DNA from: Carcharhinus longimanus
Lineage: Eukaryota
DNA length: 64,000 nt
Direction of reading: 5' to 3'
Assembly (NCBI GenBank): GCA_030264375.1
Contig: JASCQW010000119.1
Location: 24,027,606 to 24,091,605, forward strand
The number at the start of each line of letters is the position of its first letter. The first letter of the stretch is position 1. Shown in pieces: positions 11,267 through 24,959 of the stretch. The notes below the pieces were generated by a model, which saw only the letters and a list, made by a program, of their open reading frames with translations, was not told where the DNA came from and did no database searches. A program made the position numbers and the translations under genes.

Positions 11267-13279
11267 CTTTCACATTGCCTTGAAACAACTTCTAAAAACT
11301 GAGCTTTTATGACTAACTCAGTCAGCTGATCAGCACGCAATGCATTTCTCCTTGCCGTGTTTCTCAATTTCTGTCCTACTGGCTCTTTATACTTTCAATC
11401 AAATGATCCATGCAGCATTTTTTGACTTACATCAGTACAGTTCACGTGAGATTAAAATGAATATGGATTGTCGTATCAGCACATTGGAATCTATAACTAA
11501 ATTAGTTTACCCCAGGAAATGCAATGTTTGCATTATTGCTGACCAACAGGAGCAGCTTTTCTGCCTGTACTACTTTGGCACACTTTTTAAAGGACCCTCT
11601 AACAATTCAAATACCCCAAGGAATCAAAAAGGACAGCCTCATACTTATTTGGACCACAGGTAGATTTAATAATTTCAATTGGAATCAAATTTTGTTTCAA
11701 AATACTGTTGTGAAATATTTGTCACTTTACTATGTTAAAGGCTCTTTATAAATGTAAGGTGTTATGTTCATTATTATTGCTGATACGATCCTGGGTGGGA
11801 TCCAATGGATCACCATCTATAGAATCTGTTCTTTTAACTCTTTCTCCCATTTGTCATCATTCTTCTGCTTTGCCTTATGCTTCTCGGATGTTAATTCAAG
11901 CTTGTGCCCGTGGCTTATATCTGCACATCTCCTCTCCAGCTGTCCTTTCCAAAATTCATGTCAATGCCCCTTCCCCATCTCTTGCATGTACTGGAATATT
12001 TATCTGTCACTCAGCACTGCAACTTGTTCTCCACTGCAATCCAGAACAAGGAGACACAATCATGAAGTACAGGATTAACATCAGAAGCATACATGATGCT
12101 GATGTAACAGTGATCTCAGATTACATGACTGAGAAAATCTGGAAAGAGGAGGAACTCCGATCTCGTAAGGGACCAAATGTTTAAATACTTACTGTAAATA
12201 AAGAGTAAGAAACTACAGATTCAAGCAGACTCTCAGGGAATAGACAATCCCCAAATCCATAGAATTCCTACAGTGCAGAAGGAGGCCAATCTATACCAAT
12301 TCTCTGAAAGAGCATCTCACCAGGCCCCTGCCCTCCTTCCACACACTATCTCCATAAACCCATGCATTTACCCTAGCTAATCTTCTAAGAGTCTTTGCTG
12401 ACTTACTAGTCTTCAATGAGAGAATAGTCAAACCAAGTGCAATTCAGCTTGACATTCTTTAAAGACTTCAAGGCCATCTAGGAATATAAAAATGTCGTGG
12501 GAGAGTTCAACAATCAGGCCAGTGGCCATGCATTATTCATTGTATCAAAGAACCAATTTTTAATTTGTCTTACTTGTGCCATAAACAGTCATGAAAATAA
12601 AGAACACTGTTACCTTCTACTTGTCTATCAAGGCCATGGGAGCACCTGCGAATGCACTCATCTGGGGGATCTTATTATCATAATACTCAGAGTGGATTCA
12701 AATAAACAGATTGCACTGAATTACAGCAGAAACAGTTATCAGTCACTTAAAGAGAATTTATGCAACACACCCTGGACATCAAAGAGTCGGATAACGGGTG
12801 CAATTTGCTAGTGAGTTATTCAACAATTTTACAAATGAACATGGTTTTGTTCATATAACCAATTCATCTCACTATCATCAAACGAATGGAAAAGCTGAGA
12901 GAAAGGTACGAGCCAGCAAAGATTTATAGATGGAAACAAAGACATTAATTAGCTCTTCTGAGTTATTGAAGCTGGCCATTACAAAATGGTTTCTCAGCAG
13001 TAGAGTTACTCATGGTTAGGGGTTTGAGATCATGGGTGGAATTTTACGATCGTTTTATGCCCGTTTTGTAGCGGGAAAATGTCGTAAAATTGGGCATAAA
13101 ACAGCTAGTGCAAATGGTGGCCATTTTTATGACACCCAGATTTCTGACATGGTCAGCCTTTCACTGGAAATGGGCAAGAAGCTGATTAATTTATTTAAAT
13201 TTGTTAAAATAGTATTTAGCATATGTTTAGTGAGCCCTGCGCTCAATTACTGCACCTAAAACAGCTCTATAACCCTGAT

Positions 13280-13585
13280 GATATGGTGGCACAATAGTTA
13301 GCACTGTTGCCTCCCAGCATTAGAGATTCAGGATCAATTCTGGCCTTGAGTCACTATCTGCATGGGGTTTGTACATTTTCCCCATGTCTGCATGTGTTTC
13401 CTCCAGATTTCTCCCACAATCCAAAGATGCACTGCTTAGGTTGATTGGCCATGCTAAATTGACCCACGAGTCAAAGGGATTAGCAGGGTAAATATATGGG
13501 GTTACGAGAATTGGGCCTGGTGGGATTGTGGTTGGTGCAGACTCAATAGGCCAAATGGCTTCCTTCAGCACTGTAGGGATTCTAA
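13280..13585 (+). mobile_element. HE1-type V-SINE nested in the Gypsy remnant
   Basis: Head, core and tail all present. Confidence 0.9.
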
Positions 13586-13821
13586 TATCACCTTGAATGA
13601 CCAAAAGAGTATAAAATTGCATGATGAAAAACAGAGAAGTAACCAGGCTTGGAAATTTAATCACAGACATAAAGTTACCAGTGTTGAAGATTAGAGAGAG
13701 ACAATGGATTCAAGACCAACAGAAGGAAGGCACAATCATTAAAACATCCTACTAACCAAGATGGTACATCTTTGAGACAGACTATGGTATCGTAAGGCGA
13801 AACCATCACGCCTCAAACAAA

Positions 13822-14480
13822 TGGCATAATGATATTATCACTGGACCAGCAGTGACCCAAGTTCTGTGTTGGAATCCCACCATGGTGAAATTTGAATTCA
13901 ATAAAATTCAGGAATTAAGAGATTAGCAATGGCTATGGTGCAGGCAGCATTGTGGCACAGTGGTTACCACTGCTGCTTCACAGCACCAGGGACACAGCTT
14001 TGATTCCAGGCTTAGGTCACTGTTTGTGCAGAGTCTGCATGTTCTTCCCGTATCTGTGTGAGTTTCATCTGGGTGCGTCAGTTTCTCCCACAATCCAAAA
14101 GACGTGCTGGTTAGGTGCACAGGCCATGCTACATTCTCCCTCAGTGCATCTGAACAGGTGCCGGAGTGTGGCAACAAGGGTATTTTCACAGTAACTTCAT
14201 TGCAGTGTTAATGTAAGCCTTTTTGTAACACTAACAAACAAACTTAAAACTTAAAACTATGAAACCATTGTCAATTATCTTAAAACCCACCTGGTCCACT
14301 TTTAGGGAAGGAAATCTACTGTCCTTACCTGGCTTGGTGTACATGAGACTCCAGATCACACAGCAATATTGTTGACTCTTACCTGCCCTCTGAAATGACC
14401 GAGCAAGCCCTTCAGTTCAAGGGGTATTAGGGATGGATATTAAATGCTGTCCCAGCTAATGATGCCCAGATCCCACAAAT
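13822..14480 (+). mobile_element. tRNA-derived SINE split by a V-SINE variant (13945-14255)
   Basis: Head ATTATCACTGGACCAG..AATCCCACCATGG; the body resumes at CTATGAAACCATTGTC; tail GGGGTATTAGGGATGGATATTAAATGCTG. Confidence 0.85.
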
Positions 14481-16199
14481 AAGTTTTTAAAAACTCCTCA
14501 GAGAGAACACCAATAGAAAGCTGGGCTTGCTACTTAGATACTGATAAAGAAGAAGGAAGATTTTCTTCACCTAGGAGAAGAACACTCATATGGTTAGAAG
14601 GGAGAGTACAGAATGTGCTCAACCTCAAAATGAGATCAAGGCGATTGACCAAGGATGCATCTCAGAGGCTAACTTGTTAAAGTTAAGACTTTGGGCAGGG
14701 AGGGGGTGGGGGAGTTGATATGGGAAGATGTAACTTTGATAAGGATAAAGACTTGGGGGTGAAATGTCAAGTAAAGGGTTAACATCAGAAGCATATGTGG
14801 TGCTGATGTAATAAAGATGTCAGATCACCTGACTGAGAGGTAAGCGAGATCTGGAAGAAGGAAAAGTTCCAACCTCGTGTAAAGGTCCAAATGTATAAAT
14901 ACTTGCTTTGAATAAAGAATAATGCTTTTAAGAAACTATAGACTTGAGCAGTTCCTTTGGGAGAATAGACAATCCTCAAAACCTCCAGCTAGACATTAGC
15001 CACACTATTCAACAAAAATATAAAATTTGATAATGGGAACATTTCTTCAAACATTGCCCCTTTAAAAGCCATGAGGACAAAGCATCTGGAAATGTAACGA
15101 GAGGTGAATAGGCAAAGTGTCACAGAACATTGGTGGGGAGGAGAGGCGATGATGGTGGCAGATGGTAGATGAAGTGAGATACATATCAGCCATGATCAAG
15201 TTAAATGGTCCAACAGGCTAAACAACTTGCTGCTTTTCCAATGTTCATACGGTTTTGCAGCCAGTTCCACCATGTTTTTTGGCATTCTATTTTGAATGTT
15301 GGCTTTTGCTTTGGTTGGACTAAATGTCACCTTTTAACAGTGTCTGCAATGTGTATGATATATGTGACTGTGTTGCCAACAACTGTTACAGCATTGGACA
15401 TTTTTCAATTGCTTTTGCTCCCAACAGTGAACAGCAGTTCCTGTAAGTGGTCTCACTCACTCCAATCTGAAAGCTAAATGTCTTCCATTCTCTGTTACCG
15501 CAGGATGAAGAATTATCCTATTACCCAGTCAGGTCAACTTGTCCCAGATTCCTGTTGAAATGAATGTTAAAGCACATACCACAAGTTCAATGGGCAAATG
15601 AAGCAATATCTTCATTTTATAACCTCTTTCATTTTCTTCTAAACTTTTAGCCCAGGTTGTCCCTTCAAGTAAGAGCAGATTTGATTTGATTTATTATTGA
15701 GACATGTATTAGAATACAATGAAAAGTATTGTTTCTTATGCACTATACAGACAACATATATTGTACATAGGGAAAAAGGAAAGAAGGTACAGAATATGGC
15801 ATGGGAGTTATAGATACATATTGGACTGTCAAAAGGATTCCTGCGTTTAATCTAACTCTCAGGCCAGGACTTAACATCCACCGTCCTCTACCTCATGGTG
15901 GGTGTCCCAGTGGTGGAGGAGACTCACTATTGGCTGCTGACAGGACCTGCCAGTCCCACCAATGGTCAATTACGTTGCTTGCCATTCAATGATGACTTGC
16001 CTCTGCTGCTGGAAATCCCACTGTGGGGGAGAATCCTGGCCTCAATTTTTAAACCTTTTAGATGTCACAAGAAAGATTCTTGCTATTGTTTTTGCAAGGT
16101 ATTATTGAGTAGCAGTTGTCAAAAAAATACAAGGGGTATCCCAGATTCAAATTGTAATGTATGTGTTAATCCTGCCCACATGCAGTAAGACCAGACAAT

Positions 16200-16547
16200 G
16201 TTCAACTTAATCCGATAAGTGGGAAGCAATACTTGCACCATGTAAATGCCAGCAATAGCAGGAGATGATCTAACCATCTCCCAATGCAATTCAATGGTAT
16301 TACCATCAATGCATGTCCCACCATTAACAAGTCATTGTTGACAAGAAACAGAACTGGCCCAGATATATAAATACTCCAACACTAAGAGTAGGTCAGAGGC
16401 TGGGAACCCACCTTCTGACTCCCCAAAGACTTTCCACAATCTACAAGGCACAAGTCAGGAGTATGATGGAATACTGTCTACTTGCTTGACTGAGTGCAAC
16501 TCCAACAACACTCAAGGAGCTAGACACCATCCAGGACAAAGCAATCA
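16200..16547 (+). mobile_element. L2-group LINE fragment
   Basis: Reads TIYKAQVRSMMEYCLLA*LSATPTTLKELDTIQDKA. Confidence 0.8.
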
Positions 16548-18124
16548 ATAGGTTCTAGAGGGATGCCTTCATCTATGGGCATGCTGTAGCAATACCAGGA
16601 ACATAGATCAGGAATAAGTTACTATCCAGATAGCAAGGATAAACAAACAGACTAATGGAAAATTGGCCTTTTTTATCTTAAGAGATTTGAAATACAAAGG
16701 GTATGACGTTGTATAGTACATTGGTCAGACCCCAGCTTTTGCATTCACTTCTTTACAAAGGTATCAAGGAGTATGGATCCAAGGTATATAAATGGAATAG
16801 ATCAGTCATGATCAAACTGAATGGCAGAACATGCTTGAAGGGCTCCCCCTGTTCCTATCCTGACATTACTCAACAAACGAACTCATCTGCAGTCACGCTA
16901 GAAGTTTAAGGGCCTTCCCAGGTTCTTAGCTCCTAACTATAACAGTAGGGATAATGTTAAGAGGTTCCTCTTCTGATATGGAACTTGCTAGGAGGAAGTT
17001 TTGCAGCAAAGATGGGACTACACTGTAGTTTTAATTTGCAATCTGTGCTTGCTACAAATGTTCCCTTGACAGGAACGGAGCCTCAGTAGTAAAGCACTCT
17101 CCTGGTATGTAGGCGGGAAACATTTAGTAATAAGTCCATACTAATTTAGAGAAGACAGAAATACTGAACACTCCTCCAATCTCTGTTGTTAATGATTATC
17201 CTCCTTTCTTCGAGACAGGGACATAGGGTCTACTTAACTGGGAGCTGGCACTCTACTCACTAATAGCAACATGCATCCTGAACTATGACATTACACTGTT
17301 TAGTACTGGCTAAAATACACAGAAAACTCCAAATATACATGTAGCAAAAGCTGCTTAAAAAGGAGATCTGATTAAAAACTAGATTCTCAAAAGTGATTAA
17401 ACAGAAAGCAACTTGTTGGGTTATAATGGCTATCCTGAACCATGATGAAAGAATGAATAAGACAGATAGAATTCAGTGACTCTGAATTCTTCCTTTATCT
17501 TTATGGTGCTGGAGGTGTGATGGGTATGTCAGTTTGCAAGGTAGTTGACTACACTAGTTTTCATCACATTTGTGTTGCAACATGAAATGTTAATTTCCAT
17601 TTCATTTCAGCCTCGGGACATGACCTCCTCGTCAGGGGACAAAAGTTCACAAACAATTTCTCCGCTGCAATCAGTGGCTGAGCTCAGTAAATGGAAAATC
17701 TACTTTGAAACCTGATCTCAGTGAATGATGAAATGACATAAGTGCATTAAGCTAGAAGCTAGATTGGAAGAGATTTACAGGGATTAAGCACAAGGTAAGA
17801 AGAAAGAAAATGATTGCATTTATATACTGCCTTTCATAACCTCAGGATATCCTAAAATGCTTTACAGCCAATTAAACACGTTCCTTTTCAAAATGGGGCT
17901 ACTGTAAAAATATGGGGAAGCAAATCAGTAAATTTCTACACAGAAAGATCTCAGAATATGCATGAAGCAATGACTAGAGAAGAATTTGCTAGCTTTGTTG
18001 GCTCAGCTACGTCTTCAGAATGGTCATATAGCCAAGGGGCAGAACTTTCCCACCCAAGGGATTTTTGTATGCTGACATAACCAAAGCCAGTGGAATGGCC
18101 AAATCTCTGCTTCAATGATGTTTA

Positions 18125-19100
18125 CAAAGAACAAAGAAAATTACAACACAGGAATGCTCTTTGGCCCTCCAAGCCTGCACCAATGATGCTGCTCATCTGA
18201 ATTAACACCTCCTACCGTTCCAGGGCCGATATTCCTCTATTCCTATCCTATTTATGCATTTGTCAAGCCACTCCTTAAAAGTCACTATTGTATCTGCTTC
18301 AACTGCCTCTGCCAGAAGCAAGTACCAGGCAAACACCTCCCTCTCTGTAAAAAAACTTGCCTCTTACATCTCCTTTCAACCTTGCCCCTCGCATCTTAAA
18401 CCCATGCTCTTAGTAATTGACTCCTCCACCCTGCGGAAAGCTTCTGACGATCCACTGTGTTCATGTCCCTCATTATCTTGTAGATAATCTTGTTGCCCCC
18501 TCAACCTCTGTCGTTCCAGTGAGAATAAACCAAGTTTTTCCAACCTCTCCTCATAGCTAATGCCCTCCGTGCCAGGCAACATCCTGTTGAATCTTTTCTA
18601 TACCCTCTCCAAAGCCTCCACATCCTTCTGGTAGTGTGGTGACCAGAATTGGACACTATATTCCAANNNNNNNNNNNNNNNNNNNNNNNNNNNNNNNNNN
18701 NNNNNNNNNNNNNNNNNNNNNNNNNNNNNNNNNNNNNNNNNNNNNNNNNNNNNNNNNNNNNNNNNNGTATCCACCTTGCCAGCTCACCTCTGATCCCATG
18801 TGACTTCACCTTCTGCACCAGTCTGCCATGAGGGACCTTGTCATAGGCCTTACTGAAGTCCATGTAGACAACATCCACTGCCCTACTCTCATCAATCATC
18901 TTTGGCACTTCCTCAAAAAACTAGATCACGCTAATGAGACACGATCTCCCCTTCACAAAACCTTGTTGCCTCTCACTAATACATCCACTATTTCCAAGTG
19001 GGAGTAAATCCCACTTGAAGAATTCTCTCAAATATTTTCCCTACCACTGATGTAAGGCTCACCATCCTGTAATTACCTGGAATATCCTTGCTACTCTTTT
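18125..19100 (-). mobile_element. CR1/HER1-type LINE fragment (contains a gap)
   Basis: ORF track: IDESRAVDVVYMDFSKAYDKVPHGRLVQKVKSHGIRGELARWI and MLPGTEGISYEERLEKLGLFSLERQRLRG; (ACAAAGA)n tail. Confidence 0.95.
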
Positions 19101-19689
19101 ACCATGATTGCCCTTGCTATATGACTAAAAGGCACTGAACCCTAATTACCACAACCACAGTCACTAGCTGATGTCAGAGAAAAATGGGGGCAGTTCCTGT
19201 GGACTAATGCACTACAATGATGACTAGTTGCTTCAGAGGCTTGGCAACAAGCAACACAGCACAAACAACAACCCGCACCAACACCTGGTAGCTTCATGTG
19301 GGGCACGGGTGCTAGAACCCTCCTTTTAAGAATTTGCTTTTTCAGTCGTCAGCTAAAGTGCATCATATGCAGTCACCCCATGTGAAATAGGCTGCTTGCT
19401 ACATGTCCATCATCTTTGATAGATGGAAAGGTGCTGGTGGAAAGACAAGGTTGATCCTCTTTGAGTGGTGCCATGGAATTTTACAGCCACCTGGGAAAGC
19501 AGAAGGGGTTGTAACACAGCCAATGAGAACATATTCACCTGATTGATGATCATTTACAACTCTCCGCAGAGCAAAAAGCTATTTGAATCAATTGGTTTAT
19601 GCTGATATTCATGCTCCACACAAGTTTCCTTTCACTCTACTTCACAAAATCCTATCCACATAATCTTTTGTCATTTCCTTTTCCTAATG

Positions 19690-20955
19690 TACACATCCAG
19701 TCATCCATTAAATGCATATATGCCATTTGTCACACCAACTCATCCAGCTAATGTGCCTGGGCACATCATGTGGTAGAAAATTCTATATTCTAACTGCCCT
19801 CCGGATAAAGAAGTTTATTATGAATTCCTTATTATATATTTGTGAGCACATCCTTTGAATTCCCCTCTAGTGGAAACATTTTCTCTACAACTATCCTATC
19901 GAACGTGATCATAATTTTAAAGATTTCTTTTAGGTCACCCCTTAGCTTTCTTTTTCCTAGAAAAATTGGGGGTGGCACTGTGGTTAGCACTGCTGTCCCA
20001 CAGTGCCAGGGACCCAGGTTCAGTTCCTGATTTGGGTCACTGTGTCTGTGATGAGTTTGCACATTCTTCCTGTGTCTGCGTGGGTTTCCTCTGCGCGCTC
20101 TAGTTTCCTCCCACAGTTCAAAGACGTGCGCCTCAGGTTGATTGGCCATGCTAAACTGACCTGAGTAGCTAGGGTAAATGCCTGGGGTTATGGGGTTAGG
20201 ATATGGATGAGATTGTGGTCGGTGTAGACTCGATGGACCAAATGGCCTCCTTGTGTGCTGTAGCGATTCTATGAAAAGAGTTTCAGTGTGTTCAGTTAAT
20301 TATAATCAATCAGTTCTAGTCTCATCTTTGTAAATCTTGTTGCACCTTCTTCAGACTCTCAATATTGTTTTTTTAACATGGAGACCAGGAATTTGATCAG
20401 TTCTATATAATTTTTTCATAATCTCTCTGCTTTTCAATTCTATTTCTCTCAGAATAAATTCAGAGCTTTGTGTATATTTGTTGTACCTTCAACAAGTTGT
20501 GTGTAGCATCCTTAGATTTCTTTGCTTCTCTTATTTTCCAAGAGGTTTTTGACTTCCTTATTCTTTTTCTGCCAAAATGCGCCGTCAAATTCATCACGCT
20601 TATTCATACTGAAATCAGTTTTCCATTTTCATGCCCATGCTGCAAGATTCTGAATATCTTTTATTTTGTTGCTGTCTTCCTCGTTATGAACCATATCCCC
20701 TGATTTGGTATCACCCAAAGATTTGTAAACTATACTCCTCATTCCAAGTCCAATTCATCCACGTAAATGGCAAACAACAGTGGTCCCAGTACTGTTTCCT
20801 CTTGAACATTACTTCCCATTCTTTGCCATTCTCAATTAATACTTTTAACCCCTAATCTCTCTTTTTATTTTGCAACCAGCTTGCTATCTATTCTGGTCTT
20901 TAATCCGTTGACTCCACATCCCCTGATATTAGTCCTAAGTCTACAAACAAAGGCT
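19690..20955 (-). mobile_element. Old CR1-type LINE fragment with a nested plus-strand HE1 SINE (19970-20273)
   Basis: KRKLRGDLKEIFKIMITFDRIVVEKMFPL motif; SINE head, core and tail on the plus strand. Confidence 0.85.
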
Positions 20956-23037
20956 TTTTGAAAATAGGCAGTGCCACGGTGGACCCCCTCTGGAGCTTCA
21001 TTGGGAGTGAGGTTGTGTTATTCTGTTGGGGGAAGGGGAGAGCCGCAATGCTGATACGTATGGGTGGGGGGTGGGAGGTGGGGAGAGGAGATTGGGAAGC
21101 CATTTTAAAAGTGTACTCTAATCTGTCTGAAGCCAGCCGAACCAACTCTATCAGTTCCCTTCCCGCTATAGTGATGGTGTAAACTATGCTCACCAATTTC
21201 TTTATTTGAGTGGATCAAGATCTTGCCTAAAATCTTGGCTGTGCAGTGGATTCTTACTGGTGAGACTTCACTTCCTGATTTTCCCCATCTCTTGCCAGCG
21301 GCTGCAAGTCGGTTTTTAGTCAGAGCCTGACACTCTGAAAAAAATTGGGAAATTTCATCCTCTGAGTCACTACTGAATGAAGGTTATGTCCAAGAGGAGG
21401 ATTTTTATTTGGATAATAACAAGTGGGATCAAAATCCTATCTTTCCAGCATACCCACAATGCCCTCTGGTCTGGGCAGGCCTGACAAGATGAAAATATCA
21501 TCTGCAACTGACTTCACTAGTACCAGACAGGCAGTCAGACAATCTATTTCTCTCTACACCTTTGTTATTTGCAGCAGGAATCACTGGAGCGCCATTCCAC
21601 CAGCGAGTAAATGGGTTTTGTAAGATCCATGATGGAATGGAAAGAATTGAACTTGACAGGCCATTGCAGGCTTCCTTTGATTGTGTTCTAAACCAAGATC
21701 TGTCCATCACCCAAGACCAGAAAACTGTCCGGATTTGAAAAGTTTAAGCTTTAATATTTACTTTAAAGGAACTGCAATCTTCGTAACTTTACTGATAATT
21801 TCACTGAATATATAGGTCAAGGAAGCCAAGTGGAAAATAACATACCTGCAAAATGCACAAAATCATTACCAGTTAATTACAATTGTGTGCAATGGACCAC
21901 TGGACAAATAACCAAAGTGAACCTATCTAAAGCGACATCTTTTGAAAATGATTGAAGATACTTGAAGCAATGTTCAGATCCAGAAGATTTACAACCAAGA
22001 AATCACTAAAATGGAGCTTGAAAATGAATTGGACAGACATTACAAATTAATTTTTATCAATTATTTAAATCAAATTTTAATTTGTATAATATCCAAGCTA
22101 TTAGGCTTATTAACTAAACTTAGAAGTTGATTCATTATGTGGGATGATGCTAGTTTCTAGCTATCAGGAGGGACACAATATGCGTAGGAGTGAAGGACAG
22201 GGTTTTACATATCCATTGAACTAATCCAGGCAGAACCAGTTTCAATTTAAAATCTAACTAAAATTAAAAGTAATGCATTTATCCACAGATTTGGAGCGGG
22301 TGTGTGCAATTACTTCCAGTCCCTGCCGATAGTTTGCTAAATAAAGCCTGGCTAACAGCCGAGTACAATCACACCATTTGTAAGAGCATTTGTTTCACAG
22401 TACAGAGGTCCCACTCTGCCCGATATCACAATCTGTTAGCCTCATCCAAAATGAGCTTTGTCAGCCCTGGCTCGATTCAAGATGGAAAAGCTTCTGCTGA
22501 AGGAATACTTCATCTTCAGAAAAGGAGAAAATGACCTTACACACTGGGTTTGACCACTTATAATATGAAAAATCTGTGCACTGAAAATCAAAGCTAAAAG
22601 CTTGATTTCAATAACTCAGGTTGATGCCTAAGCTTCTCTAGACTGACATGAATTAGAATATATTTTCTCTCTCATTTGCTCATTATTAATGGAACATAAG
22701 TTATTGCAGTTGGCAAACAAATAATGCCTGGCATTCCTTTGATTTGCCCTTGTCTGGTTAAATTGTATGTGTTTTTGTGCTGTTGCTGTTAGTGGGAGAT
22801 CACTCTACTTGAATCTGCATCTAGCTGAACAGAACAAAGGAAGATAGGGAACATAGGAACAGGAGGAGGCCATTCAGCCCATCGAGCCTGTTCCAGCATT
22901 TAATATAATCATGGCTGATGGGACACTTCAATGCCTTTTGCACCCACTATCCCACATGGGCAACTATGTATCTCTTTAACCTGTCAGATTGAAGAATTAA
23001 GGATTGAACATTACAGTGTGTACCAGAAAGTGTCAGT

Positions 23038-23453
23038 TAGGCATGGTGGCACAGTGGTTAGTACTGCTGCCTCATAGTGCCAGGGACCTGGGTTCANNNN
23101 NNNNNNNNNNNNNNNNNNNNNNNNNNNNNNNNNNNNNNNNNNNNNNNNNNNNNNNNNNNNNNNNNNNNNNNNNNNNNNNNNNNNNNNNNNNNNNNNACCT
23201 GGGTTCAATTCCCACCTTGGGTCACTGTCCGTGTGGAGTTTGCACATTCTCCCCAAGTCTGCTACGGATACTCCATTCTCCTCCCACAGTCTAAAGGTGT
23301 GGGGTTAGGTGGATTGGCCATGCTAAATTGCCCCTTAGTATCAGGGAGATTAGCTAAGGTGCATGGGATTATGAGGATAGGACCTGGATGGGAGTGGGGT
23401 CGGTGTAAACTCAACGGGGCAAATGGCCTCCTTCTGCACTGCAGGATTCTATA
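23038..23453 (+). mobile_element. HE1-type V-SINE spanning a gap
   Basis: GGCATGGTGGCACAGTGGTTAG head; tail CTTCTGCACTGCAGGATTCTAT. Confidence 0.9.
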
Positions 23454-24066
23454 AGTTCAATGTCATAAAATGTACAGAATTCGAAATAAAAAGAGAGAAA
23501 GAAGGACTGATAAAAAGAGAAGAAAGTGGTGGAACTTTTTAAATATATTTTTTAAAGCAATTAAAAACTGAATAAATGAAACACCACACTTGTAAAAATT
23601 AATTTTCAGCGCCAGAGAGATTGCTTGAAATACTACATAGGCTTTTCAGAAGTAAACTTAAGTTGACAAAGACAAGCCTTAACTTTTTGTGACAAATTTA
23701 ATATATATCTACCAATTCAGTCTGAAAACTCCATGCCGTTCAACATATTTGAATGGGGAAGCTGATATTTTCAAGCTGCTTAGAGGGGGCAATGCATCTC
23801 CATCCCAGAATTTTGTGTTTGCTGCACTGATCTGAAGTTGCTGTCTGATTTATGCATAAATAACTATCAGAACCATCAGCATCACCATTCTATTTTAAAC
23901 AAATTCTAACCTTATCTTATTCCTCCACAAATGGGCACACATTTCCCACTAAAGTCCAAGAAATCAAAATTGATGTTTCAAAACTTATTCCTGCCTGGCA
24001 ACAAAACTTGAAAAACTCCTGCAAACATTACATTCTTTGCAAACATCATTTTGGACATATATCCAG

Positions 24067-24959
24067 TGTGATAGCCAATGTGCTTTGGGAACATATATTT
24101 TCTTTTTCTATTATGTTTCTTTAAAACCAAAGTGGATTGGGAAGTATTCTGAAAGAGGGTTAATTGATTTCCTGATTATAACATCATAAGTTCTAAGAAA
24201 TGTACATGTGACCTGAGGTTGCCATAGAGATGAAGAGCTAAGAAGCAAATGTAAATGGAAAGCTAATTGCAGTGGAGTTGGGTCAGTCAGAGTTTTTGGT
24301 TTTGTAGTTCAGAGCACACTAAATGTGGTTTAGTGTCACAGTACTGAGAATCAGGCAATGAAGCAACAAGGACAGTTCTCTCCGACCTTTTTGTTTGGCA
24401 GTCTTCAAACAGTTTCAAACGGTTTTGAAACAGTTATCTGAGAATAGAGACTCTGTGTGTTATATATTTGTAAAAAGCAGAGGATTGAAGATAGGAAGAG
24501 CAATAGATTGTGGATTGGACAAGATCCATTGCTGCTGCTTCAGCTTTGCCAAATCCAACCAGAAGAATTGAAGGAGTCCGAGAAGGGAGGTTCTGAGATT
24601 CTGAGCCATCAGAACTGTCATGATTCAGATGAGAATTCATAGACTTTTGTCTTTTCAGTGGTACCTCTGTCCGGCCATGATGGGTTGAATATGGTTTCTG
24701 GTAAATGCGACTCAAGGGTCAGAACAATTGGATGGAAAGTGAGATATTCCACAAAATGAAAATTAAGTTACAAGGATTGGGAATTTAAGTGGCCCAACAT
24801 TTGTGCAAATGCTTATAACAACATGAGGTGTACCTTTGTTGTATTGATTTTTTCTTTACAGTAGAAGTATTAAGAAGTGAAACTTATTCATTGCCTTTCT
24901 ACCCACTGGCTTTATCAGATTTGATTTAGAAGCTATTGGTCTCGATGTGGATCACAACA
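24067..24959 (+). mobile_element. Solo LTR (Gypsy-type)
   Basis: TG...CA termini (TGTGAT...ATCACAACA), an exact 4-bp TSD CCAG (24063-24066, 24960-24963), and a non-coding interior. Confidence 0.75.

Larger units (their letters stand above)
12060..14987 (+). mobile_element. Old, internally deleted Gypsy LTR retrotransposon with both LTRs (~12060-12259 and 14765-14987)
   Basis: Direct repeats share TTAACATCAGAAGCATA..TGCTGATGTAA..AATAAAGA..AAGAAACTA..GAATAGACAATCC. A purine-rich tract precedes TG at 14765. The integrase remnant at 12390-13030 reads GHLGI, RPWEHL, ETVISHLKRIYATH, SDNG, GFVHITNSSHYHQTNGKAERKVR and LALLSY*SWPLQNGFSAVELLMVRGLR. Confidence 0.88.

Noticed and set aside
11732-12184. 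150-aa ORF
   Set aside because: No recognisable homology, and its 3' part runs into an LTR.
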